Positions 24,345-37,632 of a stretch of DNA of 64,000 nt are shown here, piece by piece. The notes below the pieces were generated by a model, which worked only from the letters and a program-made list of their open reading frames with translations, did no database searches and had not been told where the DNA came from. The position numbers and the translations under genes were made by a program. The stretch is from Chiloscyllium plagiosum (Eukaryota), in NCBI RefSeq assembly GCF_004010195.1, contig NC_057718.1, positions 86,481,514 through 86,545,513 of the forward strand. The letters run 5' to 3'. The stretch's first letter is position 1. Each line of letters starts with the position of its first letter.

Positions 24345-24870
24345 TATTGCATGCAATTTTGGTCTCCCTGCTATAGGAAGGATGTTGTGAGACAGGAAAG
24401 GGTTCAGAAAAGATTTACAATGGTGTTGCCAGGGTTATAGGGAGAGGCTGAATAGGCTGGTTCTATTTTCCCCAGAACAAAAAAGATTGAGGGGTGACTT
24501 TATTGAGATTTATAAAATCTTTAAGGGCATGGATGGGGTGAGTAGGTGGGGTCTTTTCCCCTAAGTGGGGTGAGTCCAAAACTAGAGGGTATAGTTTAAG
24601 GTTAGAGGAGCATGATTTAAAATGGACTTAAGGGGCAACGTTTTCACATAGAGGGTGGTGCATGTATGAAATGAGCTGCCAGAGCAAGTGGTGGAGGCTG
24701 GTAAAATTACAGCATTTAAAAGGCATCTGGATGGGTATATGAATAGGAAGGGTTTAGAGGGATATGGGCCAAATGCTAGCAAATGGAACTAGATTAATTT
24801 AGGACATTTGGCCAGCATGGACAAGTTGGACCAAAGCGTTGGCTTCTATGCTGTACAACTCCATGACTCT
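24345..24870 (+). mobile_element. CR1 LINE 3' fragment
   Basis: gaaagggttcagaaaagatttaca RT end and typical 3' tail. Confidence 0.85.
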
Positions 24871-25265
24871 TCACTTAAGGGATGGAGGAATTCAAGGAAA
24901 ATTGCAATCACCAAGAAAGTGGTACTGAGCAAATGGTTGGAACTGTGGGCTGATGAGTCATTCAATTTTCATTTGCAAATATCTTACTTATGTAAATTTA
25001 AATGTAAATTGAACAACAAAGGACCCAATACTGAGCTCTCAGAACTCCACTACAGTAAGCCTTCCAATCACAAGACCACTGGTACACCATCACAGTTTCA
25101 TTTTGAATACAACTTTCACTGTCCTTTGGATCCTTTATTTCTCTCTCTCTCTCCATCCCCCACCCATTTTCTCTCCCATTACTCTCCCCTCACTCCTCCC
25201 ATTCCTATCTTCCATTCTTCAGTCTCTCATGGCCCCCAAACCTCTTCCTCCATCTTTCGCTCTTC

Positions 25266-25685
25266 NNNNNNNNNNNNNNNNNNNNNNNNNNNNNNNNNNN
25301 NNNNNNNNNNNNNNNNNNNNNNNNNNNNNNNNNNNNNNNNNNNNNNNNNNNNNNNNNNNNNNNNNNNNNNNNNNNNNNNNNNNNNNNNNNNNNNNNNNNN
25401 NNNNNNNNNNNNNNNNNNNNNNNNNNNNNNNNNNNNNNNNNNNNNNNNNNNNNNNNNNNNNNNNNNNNNNNNNNNNNNNNNNNNNNNNNNNNNNNNNNNN
25501 NNNNNNNNNNNNNNNNNNNNNNNNNNNNNNNNNNNNNNNNNNNNNNNNNNNNNNNNNNNNNNNNNNNNNNNNNNNNNNNNNNNNNNNNNNNNNNNNNNNN
25601 NNNNNNNNNNNNNNNNNNNNNNNNNNNNNNNNNNNNNNNNNNNNNNNNNNNNNNNNNNNNNNNNNNNNNNNNNNNNNNNNNNNNN
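25266..25685. other. Assembly gap (420 N)
   Basis: Run of N. Confidence 1.
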
Positions 25686-25800
25686 TCCCCTCCCCTTTCC
25701 CCTCCCCCCGTCCTCTTTCCCCTCCCCCCGTCCTCTTTCCCCTCCCCATCATCCACCCACACCCCCCACTATCACCATTACTCCCTTCCCTTCCCCTTTA
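25686..25800 (+). repeat. Polypyrimidine tract with a tandem 20-mer TCCTCTTTCCCCTCCCCCCG next to the gap
   Basis: About three visible copies; the sequence left of the gap (25135-25265) is also pyrimidine-rich. Confidence 0.85.
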
Positions 25801-25814
25801 TCATAGGGAGGGGG

Positions 25815-26580
25815 GGGGGTGCGATCCCGGGTGAGGGTGAGGGTGAGGGTGATGTTGCGGGTGATGTTGCGGATCCTCCTCCCTCCGCCGTGCCTCTGGT
25901 CCCTCCTCCCCGGGTGTGAGTGAGTGAGTGAGTGAGAGAGTGTCCCGGCGGTGACTGTGTGGGTGTGTGCGCGGAGCCTCCCCCTCGGGCCCTCGGGGGT
26001 GGGCCCTGGGCCGGACCATGAGCCGCTGAGTTGTTGCTCGGCCGCCGCTGGGAACCATGCCCGGGCCTTGGGCGCTGTCCTACCGGCTGCTGGCGGCCTG
26101 CGTGTGCCTGAGGGCGGCCGGAGCCGTGTCCGAGTCCGGGCAGCGGCAGCGGAGATCCGGCGGAGGCTGGGGCCCTCAGGCCGAGGCCTTGGGCCGCTGT
26201 GAGTCCGAACTGAGCCCGATGCAGGACTACATCATCCGGACCCGGGATTCGCTGAACGCCGGCGCCGCCTTCCTGAGCTCCCCGAGCGGTATCAGCAGCC
26301 CGGCGGAGTGCGTGCGGGCCTGCTGCCGCCTCCCCGGCTGCACGGCGGCGGTGGTGGAGCGGGGGCGGGCCAGAGCCGGGGGAGGAGGGGGAGGCCTGGA
26401 CTGGGCCCGGGGCCTGAAGCTCAGCCACAACAGCGCGGCCGCCCTCAGCTGCTACCTCTTCAACTGCACGTACCGAGGCCGCGATGTGTGTCGCTTCTCC
26501 CCGCATCAGGGATACAGCAGCTTCACCCGGGGACACAGCGGCAACTGGCAGCCGGGGCCCGGTCACCATGGCAACCGTGA
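25815..26580 (+). promoter_or_regulatory. LRP11: CpG island covering the LRP11 promoter, 5'UTR and exon 1; contains (GGGTGA)n and (GTGA)n microsatellites
   Basis: Very GC- and CpG-dense stretch in an otherwise AT-rich, CpG-depleted window, overlapping the first coding exon. Confidence 0.85.
26057..26576 (+). CDS. LRP11: LRP11 exon 1: signal peptide and MANSC domain
   Basis: YIIRTRDSLNAGAAFL...CVRACC...C...CYLFNCTYRGRDVCRF...GYSSF matches the LRP11 MANSC domain. Donor AACC|GTGAGG gives 520 nt, phase 1, compatible with exon 2. Confidence 0.92.
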
Positions 26581-28684
26581 GGGCCCTTCATCCTACAGCA
26601 CCCTTTCAATCATAATAACAGGGGTAAAAAGCCAATTCAGTCCTGGTCTGTATGTGCTAGTGGAAGACATTTTGCTAGTGAGGGTAGGTCCTTGTGTATA
26701 TTAGCCTGGGTTTGAGCTTTAATGTGATGTGAAGATCACAGCTGAAGAGACATCCTACTGGTCACCTCTTTGATGCAGATAGAGGACTCCCTTGCTCTGA
26801 ATGTTAGAAGTCAACTAGTCAACAAACCAATCAAGAGGAAACAGGACAAAGGAAGGGCTCTCTTGCTCTGAGTGCTGCTCGTCAGCCACTGTCAAAAAGA
26901 AACAGGATGAAAGGATTTCAATTAGCCTGTAGAGCTAAACATCTCAAACCTAACTGTTCAACGGCCAACATCACACCATGTATTCCTTACTGACCTGTAT
27001 ATCTATTAGCTTTCATTTTTGTTTGGACTCACTTCTCATTTCTAATCTGTGTATGTATATTGTGTCATTATTTACTCTCACATTTTAGCAACTAATGCAC
27101 TCACTCTTCTGTTAACTTAAGAAAACCTGGTTAAAATAGGTCCTTTTAAAATATATATTCATTTGGTCTGATAGAAACATATCTACATGGGAAAGATCCT
27201 TTGTAAATTAACCCTTTTATGATCAACTGAATACGTGGGTGAAAAAGATGAGGAAACACTTCATCCCTCATCAGGGTGCTTGACAATTTGATGTATCCCA
27301 TCTAGAAACATGATAATGTTGGGTGCTCCCCTAGAGGTCTGGTTGTAACAAACTGTGGCCTTTTCTGGAATCTGCTCATTACAATTGTCTATGTTACAAT
27401 AATAGCAATACAATAGAGCATAACTGTTTTGGGGATACTCCCATATATAACTCCTGGAGCTGTGAAAAGGTGGTGCCTGTTAACTATTAGACCACAATTT
27501 AAAATAAATTTATTTGATCTTATTAACAGGCACAAAACTAGTGTCAGGTGAAAGTTATACAAGTACATGCATAAGGAATACATGCATATGTATTCAATTT
27601 TTTAATCTGAAGTTTGTAGAGTGAATGAAATCTGCTCACTTGACACTAAGTTCACACATTATTGCTGTATATGAAAGTGAATAACAATCAGACAATATTA
27701 TTTACTTTAATTTGGCATGTCTTCATTACAGAACTTAATAATGCAAACGTACGAACTTTAATACCTCATCTATTTGATTTGGCATTATCAGATAACTCCT
27801 GTGAACACATCATTCAGTGAAGGAATATATAATTAGTGCACCTGATTTCAACAATAGTCTTTTTTAAAAATGCTGCTAATTTTGTTGAAAATAGATAGAT
27901 CTAATAATGTTTTCTCCCAAAAATAAATTCTGCAAAATAGATTATTTGCATATCAGCAATTGTTTCAGTACCTCAGATTCACGTTTCGCTTACTAGAAAT
28001 TAATCTTCATGCATGAAAAGATTTGCTTTTGAACTAGGCTTAATATACAAATAATCAGTCTCACAGTATGCTACAATTTGCCATTGAGAAAAGAATATGG
28101 TTTCAAAGTGAAAATGAGAATTACAGCATTTTCAGGTAACAAGTATATGCAGTATTTCTTAGAACTTGTTTTCTGCTACGTGCTGGTTTGTAGGTTTCTG
28201 AAACTTGTGTAATTTATAAACGCTGTTTTTCATTAAGTTCATTGTGGTTTAAAAGTAAACTCTCTCATTACACATTAATTACATGTGAATAACTTCATAA
28301 GTAAAAACAAAATACACAAACGAGGACTTGGAACAAAATGAGAAATTAATATCATGCTATTTGAGGAAGTAAATGTTTGCCAACTGAACAGGTTGATTAT
28401 AAAAAAAGATTGATTTGACCAGTATAGAAAATGCTGTGTGCACCAATGTACTAGTTACAATAGACTGTGTAGCACTGGGATTTTTAGAATCAACCTGTTA
28501 TTACATACCTTTGGAGCAAGTGGGACTTTGCCTCGGAGATGTGGAGACCGTACCACTGCACCCAAGAGCACAGAATAGGCTTCATTATCAGATATTTTCT
28601 AAATTAATTTGTTCAGAGATGTTAATAGACATCTCTAGAGCTGGTAGGACTTGAACTTGGGCCTCCTGGTTAGTTGTGACACTA

Positions 28685-28808
28685 GGAGAAAGTGAGTACT
28701 GCATCCTTCACCAGGATGAAGAAGGGCTTATGCCTGAAATGTCAACTCTCCTACTCCTTGGATGCTGCTTGACCTGCTTTGCTTTTCCAGCGCCACACTT
28801 TTCAACTC
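28685..28808. mobile_element. Inverted Penelope-like mini-insertion with a 14-bp TSD
   Basis: TSD tagttgtgacacta (28671-28684) and tagttgtgatacta (28809-28822). Confidence 0.75.
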
Positions 28809-30948
28809 TAGTTGTGATACTATTCTGACAAGAGCCCTTCAATTTTAACAACAGCTGGAACGACATGAAGTTCAGATTAATTGTGATAGCTGTAGTAAAT
28901 GGGCACATTTAAGAGATGAAATAAGGCAATCTCAACTTCTTTGATCCAAACTAAACATCCTTTCCTTAGAACTACTAGTCTATGCTACACCAGCATTTAC
29001 TAATGTAGGTGTCAAGGCTCAGGTTTGCTACCATATTTGCCTCCTTCTTCCCTTTCCCCACTGTTCAGTGATATATTGCCAGGCAGCTGCAAGAGTGGAC
29101 CAGAATACAGTTAATGAGAACTGAGGAGAGACCTCCTTTAAGTATTATTTGTTCCTCCAGTCAGGGTCTTCAGTTGATGACATCTTTGATCCCTCCAGGT
29201 CTGTCTAAGCTTTCTCCTTCTTCCTCAAAATTGATTGCATTCAGCACTGTGAGATTCTAAACAGAAGCAATGAGTAGTCTCTGGCCTGCCATTATTCTGT
29301 TTGGAGTTTGGTATGGAAACAAAATAACTCTAGGTCCAGAAATTGCCACCAAAATGTTGGATTTGATCTGCACACTTCCTCCAGATTTATTCAGGTGTGA
29401 CATTCAGTGAGTGATACCATGATGCTAAATACCCAAAATCCTTCATTTGTGGATGAAGATTCATCAGATGTCATTACAGTGCGTGTTGTAGCTGAGGTGA
29501 CATTTACTTTTTGCATTTTTACTTGGATTATATCTTCATTTGATGATGTAAAAGCCCTTCACATAGCCATTTCAATCAGAGCTAAATCATAAGCAAAGCC
29601 AAAGACTCTTTGGCTCTTGTTGAGTTTCTCTAAAATTGTGTGAAATTGGTGAATAGTCTAGACTATACTTCAGATCTATATCTGATATAGTCAAAATGGG
29701 TACAGCAAATACAGAAATGAAGGTGGTGGTAACATAGTGGTAATGTCACTGCTCTAGTAATCCAGAACTCCAGGCTCATGTTAGAGGAATATTGGTTTGA
29801 ATTTCGCAATGGCAAATAATAACATTTGAATTCAACACATCTGAAATTGAAAGCTAGCCTAGTAGTGGCCATGCAACCATCGTTATAAAGACTCATCTAA
29901 TTCACTAGTGTCCTTTATGGAAGAAAACCTGTTATCCTTATCTGCTCTGTGACCTATGTGTGACTCCAGATGCGAAGAAATATAGTTGACCTTGAACTGC
30001 CTACCAAACCATGCAGTTCAAGGGCATCCCATCAATAAAATTTCTAAAAACTGCTAAAGTGGATTTATTTATGGCATGTGTTTACCTCCACATATTTGTT
30101 CTGCATTCACTGTGTCCAGATATCCATTATATACAGGAACAGGAAACGTTTTCCCCATTGAAGTCATGAAAATTGTGAATCTAAACAAATTTTTAAGTTG
30201 TCCGAGAAGCCAAAATGAAGACTGAGAAACTGTCAATGACAGATCATCAACCCTTTCCATGAACAGGATGTTTTACACTCTCATAGTTTCAGCTTCTGTC
30301 ATCCTCATCCATTTGCCTCTTTATGAATGATTCTTAAATAGGTTACGTTAGGAGGTCAGTTGCCAAAATAGGTTTCCACTCTGAAACTACAAAATGAAGG
30401 AGAGCTGGAAAGAAGTCATTTAAGATTCCAAAATGAGTTGAGTGCAGATAGAAACTACTTCTGTGAAATAAATCTTGACATTAGAAATTCTTGATCATTT
30501 GTTGCCCTTTACATAGAGGTCATTAACTGGTTGAACAAGGGATGACTAATCTGTATTAATTTTGCCCCCAACCTCCCTATGTGAATGAAATGATGAACAG
30601 AACATTTTCTGTCCACTTAAGAGCAGACAGGGTTTTGATTTACTGTCTTTGATGAAAGAAGTAATCTGAAACAGTGCAGTGCTGTATGAGAGTTTTGGCT
30701 CAGATTTTGTGCTCATGCCTCTGGAGCAGGACTCAAACTTGGAAGCTGCTGATTCAGAGCACGAATATTACCAATAGAACTAGGCAGATCACCTTTCAAC
30801 TTGTCATGCTTTTATAAATGATTCAAGAGACAAAAAAAGCATTTTATAAGTGCTTAGTCAGTGCATTTTACAGCTAAAGCACTGACTCCCTCGGGACCTT
30901 GACAAGGTGAGTTTAGATTTACCTTGCTGTTTGTTTGCTCTCCGGCAG

Positions 30949-31106
30949 GAAATGATGAAGCCCCCCACTGTGATGCAGGTCAGGATTTGGCCTTGTTACT
31001 GCCCACTGACTGGGTGCTGCTGGACGGGAGAGGCAGTTCTGACGATCGGGGAATTGTCCGATATGAATGGACGTTACTACAAGGAGATCCGTCAGTTGAT
31101 ATGAAG
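30949..31106 (+). CDS. LRP11: LRP11 exon 2: PKD domain, first half
   Basis: Acceptor tccggcag|GA; NDEAPHCDAGQDLALLLPTDWVLLDGRGSSDDRGIVRYEWTLLQGDPSVDMK; donor AAG|GTATTT; 158 nt, phase 1 to 0. Confidence 0.96.
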
Positions 31107-32149
31107 GTATTTGATTTCTAATGGAGTTTCTCCCTGCCGGTCTGTGCTGTGTTCTCCCTTTTTTGATGAAAGGGTCAAGGGGACAGATGCTATGACCTGA
31201 ACTAACAATCTTAATAATCACCTTCAAATTGGACCTATTGTAGCCCAAATTATTATGATCTGTCTGCATATCAAACACTGTGAGAAGGAAACTGAAAATG
31301 CTGGCAATAATGGGTCAGGCAGCATTGTGGAGAGGGGAAGAATGTTTTAGGCCAATGATTTATCATTAGACTCTCGACAAGAAAGACTGAATGATTAAAA
31401 TGTCCAAGAATTCAAGTCTGTATCTTCGACTGATAGTGTTTATGAGAATGAGGCACTGAAGTCAGAATCCAGTTAATGGTTCTGCTGTGAATACTGTCCT
31501 GGGCCCATCGATAACATTCGTCTGGCGCTTAAGTGCAATTGTGATAGAATCTTGGAATTGGAATTTTAGAAACTTATCATTCTCAGCCTGGAATTTACTG
31601 AACAACGGTACATTTCCCCAGGAAAAGCTGAAAGTAAAACACAGCAATCTGCTTTACTGTGTCAGTAAATTGTGTCTCCTTATTTCTGGAGTTTTGCATT
31701 CAGTTGGACATCTATTCAGCGTTACCTGTTTCCTTGTTGCTTGTTATATAACCTGTACACCTGTGTTTGCATAGTACATGAAGGACAAAGAAGTCAATAA
31801 CAGAGCAGTAATGTTATGGTAATTGGAATAACCTACTGAAAGTCAAATGCTGCCAACTGGAGTTATCACAAAACTTAGATTTTTTTTAAGTAAGTATGCA
31901 GAATTCCCATTTACTGGTCTTTTAGACCCAGGTTGACAGCACAAACCAGATGTTTGTACTTAACAGAAATTACTATTTTTTGCAAACAAATAGATTCTAG
32001 CTATAGGTAAGGAGTTAATAATCACCGAATAACCATCTACCTGAAGTCTTAACACTGTACGTTACTACCACCTCTGGTTAAGAGGTGCCAGTCACTCTTG
32101 CAATTAGTTTCAGGACATTAACTTCCACTACTCATCATTTGCCTGTAAA

Positions 32150-34445
32150 GCAATTAATGGCACATCGTTGGAGGTATAATGCAGGGAAAATGTGAGACTG
32201 TGCACTTTGGAAGGAAGAATATAGCAGCTGAATATTATTTAAATTAAAAAAAGACTGCAGACAACAACAGCATGGAGGGATTTGGAAGTTCTCTTGCATG
32301 AGTTGCAACAAGCCAATATACATATTCAGCATGTAATAGGGAAGGCAACTGGAATGTTGGCCTATGTCAGTGGGAATGGTGTATGAAAATAGGAAAGTGC
32401 TGATAAAACTATACAAGACATGGGTCAGACAACACGTGGAGTTCTGTGAACAGGTCTGGATTTTTATCGAAGGAATGATATACTGGTATTTGAGGCAGTC
32501 CAGAGAAGCTTCACTAGGCTGATTTTGGTTTTGGAGGGATTTTCTTATGAGGGGAGGTTGAGTAGGTTGGGCCTGTAATCATTGGATTACAGGGGTGATC
32601 TTACTGAAATGTACAAACTTCTTAGGGGACTTGACAGGATAGATGTAGAGGCATTGTTTTTCCATGTGGGAGAGTCTTGGACTGAGGTCATAATCTCAGA
32701 GTAAGGAGTCATGCAGTTAGGACAGGTGAGGGACGCTATTTTTCACTGAGGGTAGTGAATCTGTGGAATGCTTTACCACACAGGGTTGTAGAGACTGGGT
32801 AGTTAAGTATATTCAAAGTTAAAAATCACACAACACCAGCTTATAGTCGACCATGTTTATTTGAAAGTACTAGCTTTCAAAGCACTGCCCTTTCAACAGG
32901 TAACTAGTGGGGGGATTGTAAGACACAGAATTTATAGCAAAAGGTGATAGTGTCATGCAATTAAAACGATATATCGAACCAACCTAGATTGCTGTTACCT
33001 CTTTCATTTTTTTAGAATGGTTTGCAGGTTTCGGTTCATTAATATATAAATCCTAGAACTTCTTTTCAGTCACATGCTCGAGATAACTTAAGGTTTTATA
33101 TTAAAAGAAAGTGACAGCTCAGTTCAGACAGTGTATTAAAGATGTTAGTGTGTCTGCATCCCAATCTTCAGTCAGACTGGTTGTGTTTCCAAAATACCAA
33201 TTTATAAAATGTTATATGGATTGACTGCCTGCAGATTGTGTTTTTTGAGCAAAAATCCGCAAGTATAAATTTATGCGGTGAAATTGTATTAGCAGGTGCA
33301 TTCTATTTTTGCTCAAAAAGCACACAATCTGCAGGCAGTCGATCCATATAACACTTTATAAATTCCGACTTTGGGAGTAGGATTGGACTGAGGGTGATTT
33401 AGCAGTTTGGATCAGAAATTGGCTAGCTGAAAGGAGACAAGATAGTGGTTGATGGGAAATGTTCATCTTGGAGTTCAATTACTGGTGGTGTACCGCAAAG
33501 ATCTGTTTTGGGGCCACTGCTGTTTGTCATTTTTATAAATGGCTTGGATGAGGGTATTGAAGGATGGGTTAGTAAATTTGCGGATGACACTAAAGTCGGT
33601 GGAGTTGTGGACAGTGCAGAAGGATGTTGCAGGTTATGGACGAATATAGTTAAGCTGCAGAGCTGGGCTGAGAGGTGGCAATGTGGAACAGTGTGAGGTG
33701 ATTCACTTTGGAAGTAGTAATAGGAATACAGAGTACTGGGCTAATGATAAGATTCCTGGTAGTGTAGATGAGCTGAGAGATCTCTGTGTCCATGTGCATA
33801 GATCCTTGAAAGTTGCCACCCAGGTTGATAAGGTTGTTAAGAAGGCGTACGATGTGTTAGCTTTTATTGGTAAAGGGATTGAATTTTGGAGCCATGAGGT
33901 CATGTTGCAGCTGTAAAAAACTTTGCAACCGCATTTGGAGTATTGCGTACAGTTCTAGTTGCCGCTTTATAGGAAGGATGTGGAAGCATTGGGAAGGGTG
34001 CAAAGGAGATTTATCAGGATATTGCCTGGAGGGAAGGTCTTATGAGGAAAGGCTAATGGACTTGAGGCTGTTTTAATTAGAGAGAAAAAGGTTAAGAGGT
34101 GACTTAATAGAGACATACAAGATGATCAGAGGATTAGATAGGGTGGACAGTGAGTGTGTTTTTCCTCAGATGGTGATGGCTAGCATGAGGGACATAGCTT
34201 TAAATTGAGGGGTGATAGATAGAGGATAGATGTCAGATGTAGGTTCTTTACTCAGAGAGTAGTAAGAATGTGGAATGTCCTGCCTGCAACAGTTGTAGAC
34301 TCGCCAACTTTAAGGGCATTTAAAGGATAATTGGATAAATATATGGAGGATAATGGAATAGTGTAGGTTAGATGGGCTTCAGATTGGTTTCACAGGTCAG
34401 TGCAACATCGAGGGCCGAAGGGCCTGTGCAGCGCTATAATGTTCT
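32150..34445 (+). mobile_element. Two CR1 3' fragments (32150-32815 and 33385-34445) separated by a family-B inverted-repeat element (32815-33380)
   Basis: RT motif GVPQRSVLGPLLFVIFIN...SKFADDTK; internal inverted repeat at about 33186-33255 versus 33307-33377. Confidence 0.8.
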
Positions 34446-37400
34446 CTGGGTCTGGTGGCTTCTCACCCAAACATCCAAAGGCCCAGTCTGTTCAGCTACT
34501 TGGGAGCCAATCACATAATTGTAAGCAGTCAGGAGGCGTTTGTCATTCAATAACTCGTCACTTGTCCATAGAACGATCAGCTACTTACTGACAGCCGGAT
34601 CTCCATTCGTACACAGCTCCTTGGCTTTCCCCACTGTTTAAATATTATGAATGTTGGGTAACTTGCTTTTAAAAAGTGCATTTTTCTTTCAACAATCCTT
34701 AGCTTTTAAAAGTTTTTTTTTTTCTTTTCCCATTTCAGTCCACAATCAGACAAAAAAAAGAACAATAAAAAGGTATGGTCTTTACATTAGGTCCAGTCAA
34801 TAACTTGCTGGCAGCCTGCTGTGTGAGTTGAGAAGCTCTCAAACTTCCTTCTGACCATACTGAACAGCCATTCCTTTTTCTTGTCTAACTACATTATACT
34901 AACATGTCTGAATTTAAAGACAGAAACTGAGATAAAGTAGAATAATGGCTGATGCACAACAGTATAAAGTAATAATTCATTCTGAAACACACCATTGCTT
35001 TATTGTTCACCTTACTATCACTTGCCTCTTCTCTGCTGTGGCTTCACCCTTTGACCATCTTTCAATACTATGCTCGATCTCAGTTGGCTGTCTCTTTCAT
35101 CTGCCAAGATCAGGTTTTCCCTTGCCTTTTTCTGCTGCTCTATAATAATTTTCAACTCCCTCTGAAGTGCCCCCAAGCTTTGAATATTGCATCTAGGCAA
35201 GAAATGAGTTAAAGGATGTCGTAGAGTTATACAGGATGGAAACAGACCCTTCAATCCAACCAGTCCGTGCCAAACATAATCCCAAATTAAATTAGTCCCA
35301 CCTGCCTGCTTCTGGTCCATATCCCTCCAAACCATTCCTATTCATTTACTTATCTAGGTATCTTTTAAACATTGTAACTGTGTCCACATCCTCCTCCACT
35401 TCAAGAAGTTTGTTCCACATGCGAACTACTCTCGGTGTAAAATAAAATTGTCCCTCATGTCTTTTTTTAAATCTGTCTCCTCTCACCTTAAAAATATGCC
35501 CCCATACTTGAAATCCCCTATCTTAGAGAAAAGACATCTACCATTCTGTTCAAATATTTGACCCCCTCCCCCAACTCCCAGTCGCAACCTTTAGTTTATT
35601 GATTTCTGTTCCCGTCAGTACTTCTCTAAACCTGCCCTTGAAACTCTCCCTTTTGAATTCCAAAATGTCATCCTACATACACTTCTCCTGTCACAATCTC
35701 ACTCAGGGCCATGATGCTACCCCTGTTAACTTGCACTCTGCTGCTACATTCTACCAGTGTGCTTTAGATGTATGTTGCATATTAAAACAAATGCTGATTT
35801 TTAACTCTATAATCTGGAGTATGTTTCGTGCTTTCACACTGTAATCCGAAGACCTCTGCATCACTGTAACACAGTAAACCTTCCTTGGGATATTCAGGTA
35901 ACTTGAAAAAAATGCAAAATTTATGTAAAGTTTGTTTTCATGACTTCAATTCAGCTGTTAATCATTATAAACCTTGTGAATTACACTGTTATTATCAGGG
36001 GAACATGAATTGCATGCTAAGTGATAGCATTACAAAACTGATGGAAAGTTATTCAGTGCATCTCTAAAATGAAGAAGTATTATGTTTTGTTTACCATTGC
36101 CAGTTTTGAATCAGAAGGTCACGGGTTCAAGTCCAGTTGTCGAAATATTATCACAAATAAAGACTTGGGCTCAGGAGTGTTGCATTTGTGGATATTTCAA
36201 TTTTGGATCCAGATGTTCAACAGATCCTGTCTGCTTCCCCAGTTGAATGCAATGGGCAGAAGGATTTGAGAGACGTTGACAAAATTTTCTCACTTGAAGG
36301 GTGGTGGGAATCTGGGACACTCTGCCTGAGAGAATGGGAGAAGCAAAGCCCCTCATCCACAGTGTAAACGAAAAGTGCTTGGAGTTCACTTGGAAGTGCT
36401 GAAAGCTGGAGAGCTACTCGCCAAGAGCTGCAAAAACACAGTGGTGATGAATAGCATGTTTTTGGACAGCAAAAATACAGTCAGCCAAAGGTTTCCTCCT
36501 GTGCTGTTTTGTGCCTTTTCCTAAATCATTCAATATTTTCATACTTAGAAACATCAAAGGAAACTGCCCCAGTGCCCTGAACAACATTTATCCTTTAACT
36601 AACATCAGTGAAACAGCTTATCTGCTTGTTATCCCATTGGCTTTTTTGTGATCTTTGTGCACATAGCCTGCTCCATTTCCAGAATTACAGCCGTGACTGT
36701 GCTTGGTGATTGTAAGACATCTTGAGGTCATGAAAGGCACGAAGTAAATGTCAGTCTTTCTAACAATTGCAGCGAGTTAATTTCAATAATAATGCAATCC
36801 AGATGCTAATTACTATAATATTCTTATAACTGTGTTCAGTTGACTTGAGTCCTTTTGTGAACATCTAAATTGGGAGCCCCTGGCATCTGCTTTGCCATTC
36901 AATAACATCACGGCTAATCCAATTACTCCACATGCCTGCCTACTCCTAATTACCTTATAGCCTGTTACTCCTGCAGAATCAAGCTTACTTCTGCCATTCA
37001 AAGACAAGACTCTGCTTCCAGTGCCCCTTGAGGAAGACTGTCTCAAAAGAATCACAGTTTTTGTGAGAAAAGAATTTGCCACATCTCTGATTCAACTGAG
37101 TGCACCGTGATTTTTAAACAGTGACATCTCATTCTAAATTCTCCACAAGTGGAAATATTCTTTCTACATCCAACTTTTTGAGACCCTCAGGATTTTGTAT
37201 GCTTCAATCAAATTGCCTATTACTTTTTTTAAGCCCCTCTGGATACATTCTTGGCTTGTTCAACTTTTCTTCATAAGGCAATTGCTCATTTTAGGTATTT
37301 ATCTAGTAAACTTTCTCTGAACTGCTTCTAATAGGTTTACACCCTTTTTTTTAAATGAGAATCCCAGGGCTGTCCCCTATTCCAGATGTAGTCTCACTTG

Positions 37401-37585
37401 TGCCCTGTTTAACTGATGCATAACCTGCCTACATTTGCATTCAATTTCCCTCGTAATAGGCAATAACATTCCATTACCTTTCCTGATTACTTGCTGTAAC
37501 TGGAGAATCATAGAATTATACACAAACAAAAACAGAAATTGCTAGAAAAGCTCAGCTGGTCAGTCAGCGTCTGTAAAGAGAAATC

Positions 37586-37623
37586 AGAGTTAACATTTCG
37601 TGTCTGGTGACCCTTCCTCAGAA
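37586..37623 (-). ncRNA. Degenerate minimal hammerhead motif (family C) in a short insertion at about 37519-37623
   Basis: Reverse complement reads tt-CTGAGGA-a-GGGTC(acca)GACAC-GAAAT-GTT-aa; possible TSD atagaatta. Confidence 0.5.
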
Positions 37624-37632
37624 ATAGAATTA

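Noticed and set aside
24808..25834. Long ORFs spanning the N run
   Set aside because: Artefacts of translating through the gap.
25778..26569. 263-aa antisense ORF over LRP11 exon 1
   Set aside because: Low-complexity shadow ORF expected in GC-rich DNA; no recognisable domain.
26577..26704. Read-through of the exon 1 ORF to a stop at 26704 (secreted MANSC-only protein)
   Set aside because: Composition shifts to AT-rich intron after the GTGAGG donor at 26577, whose phase fits exon 2; no evidence for intron retention.
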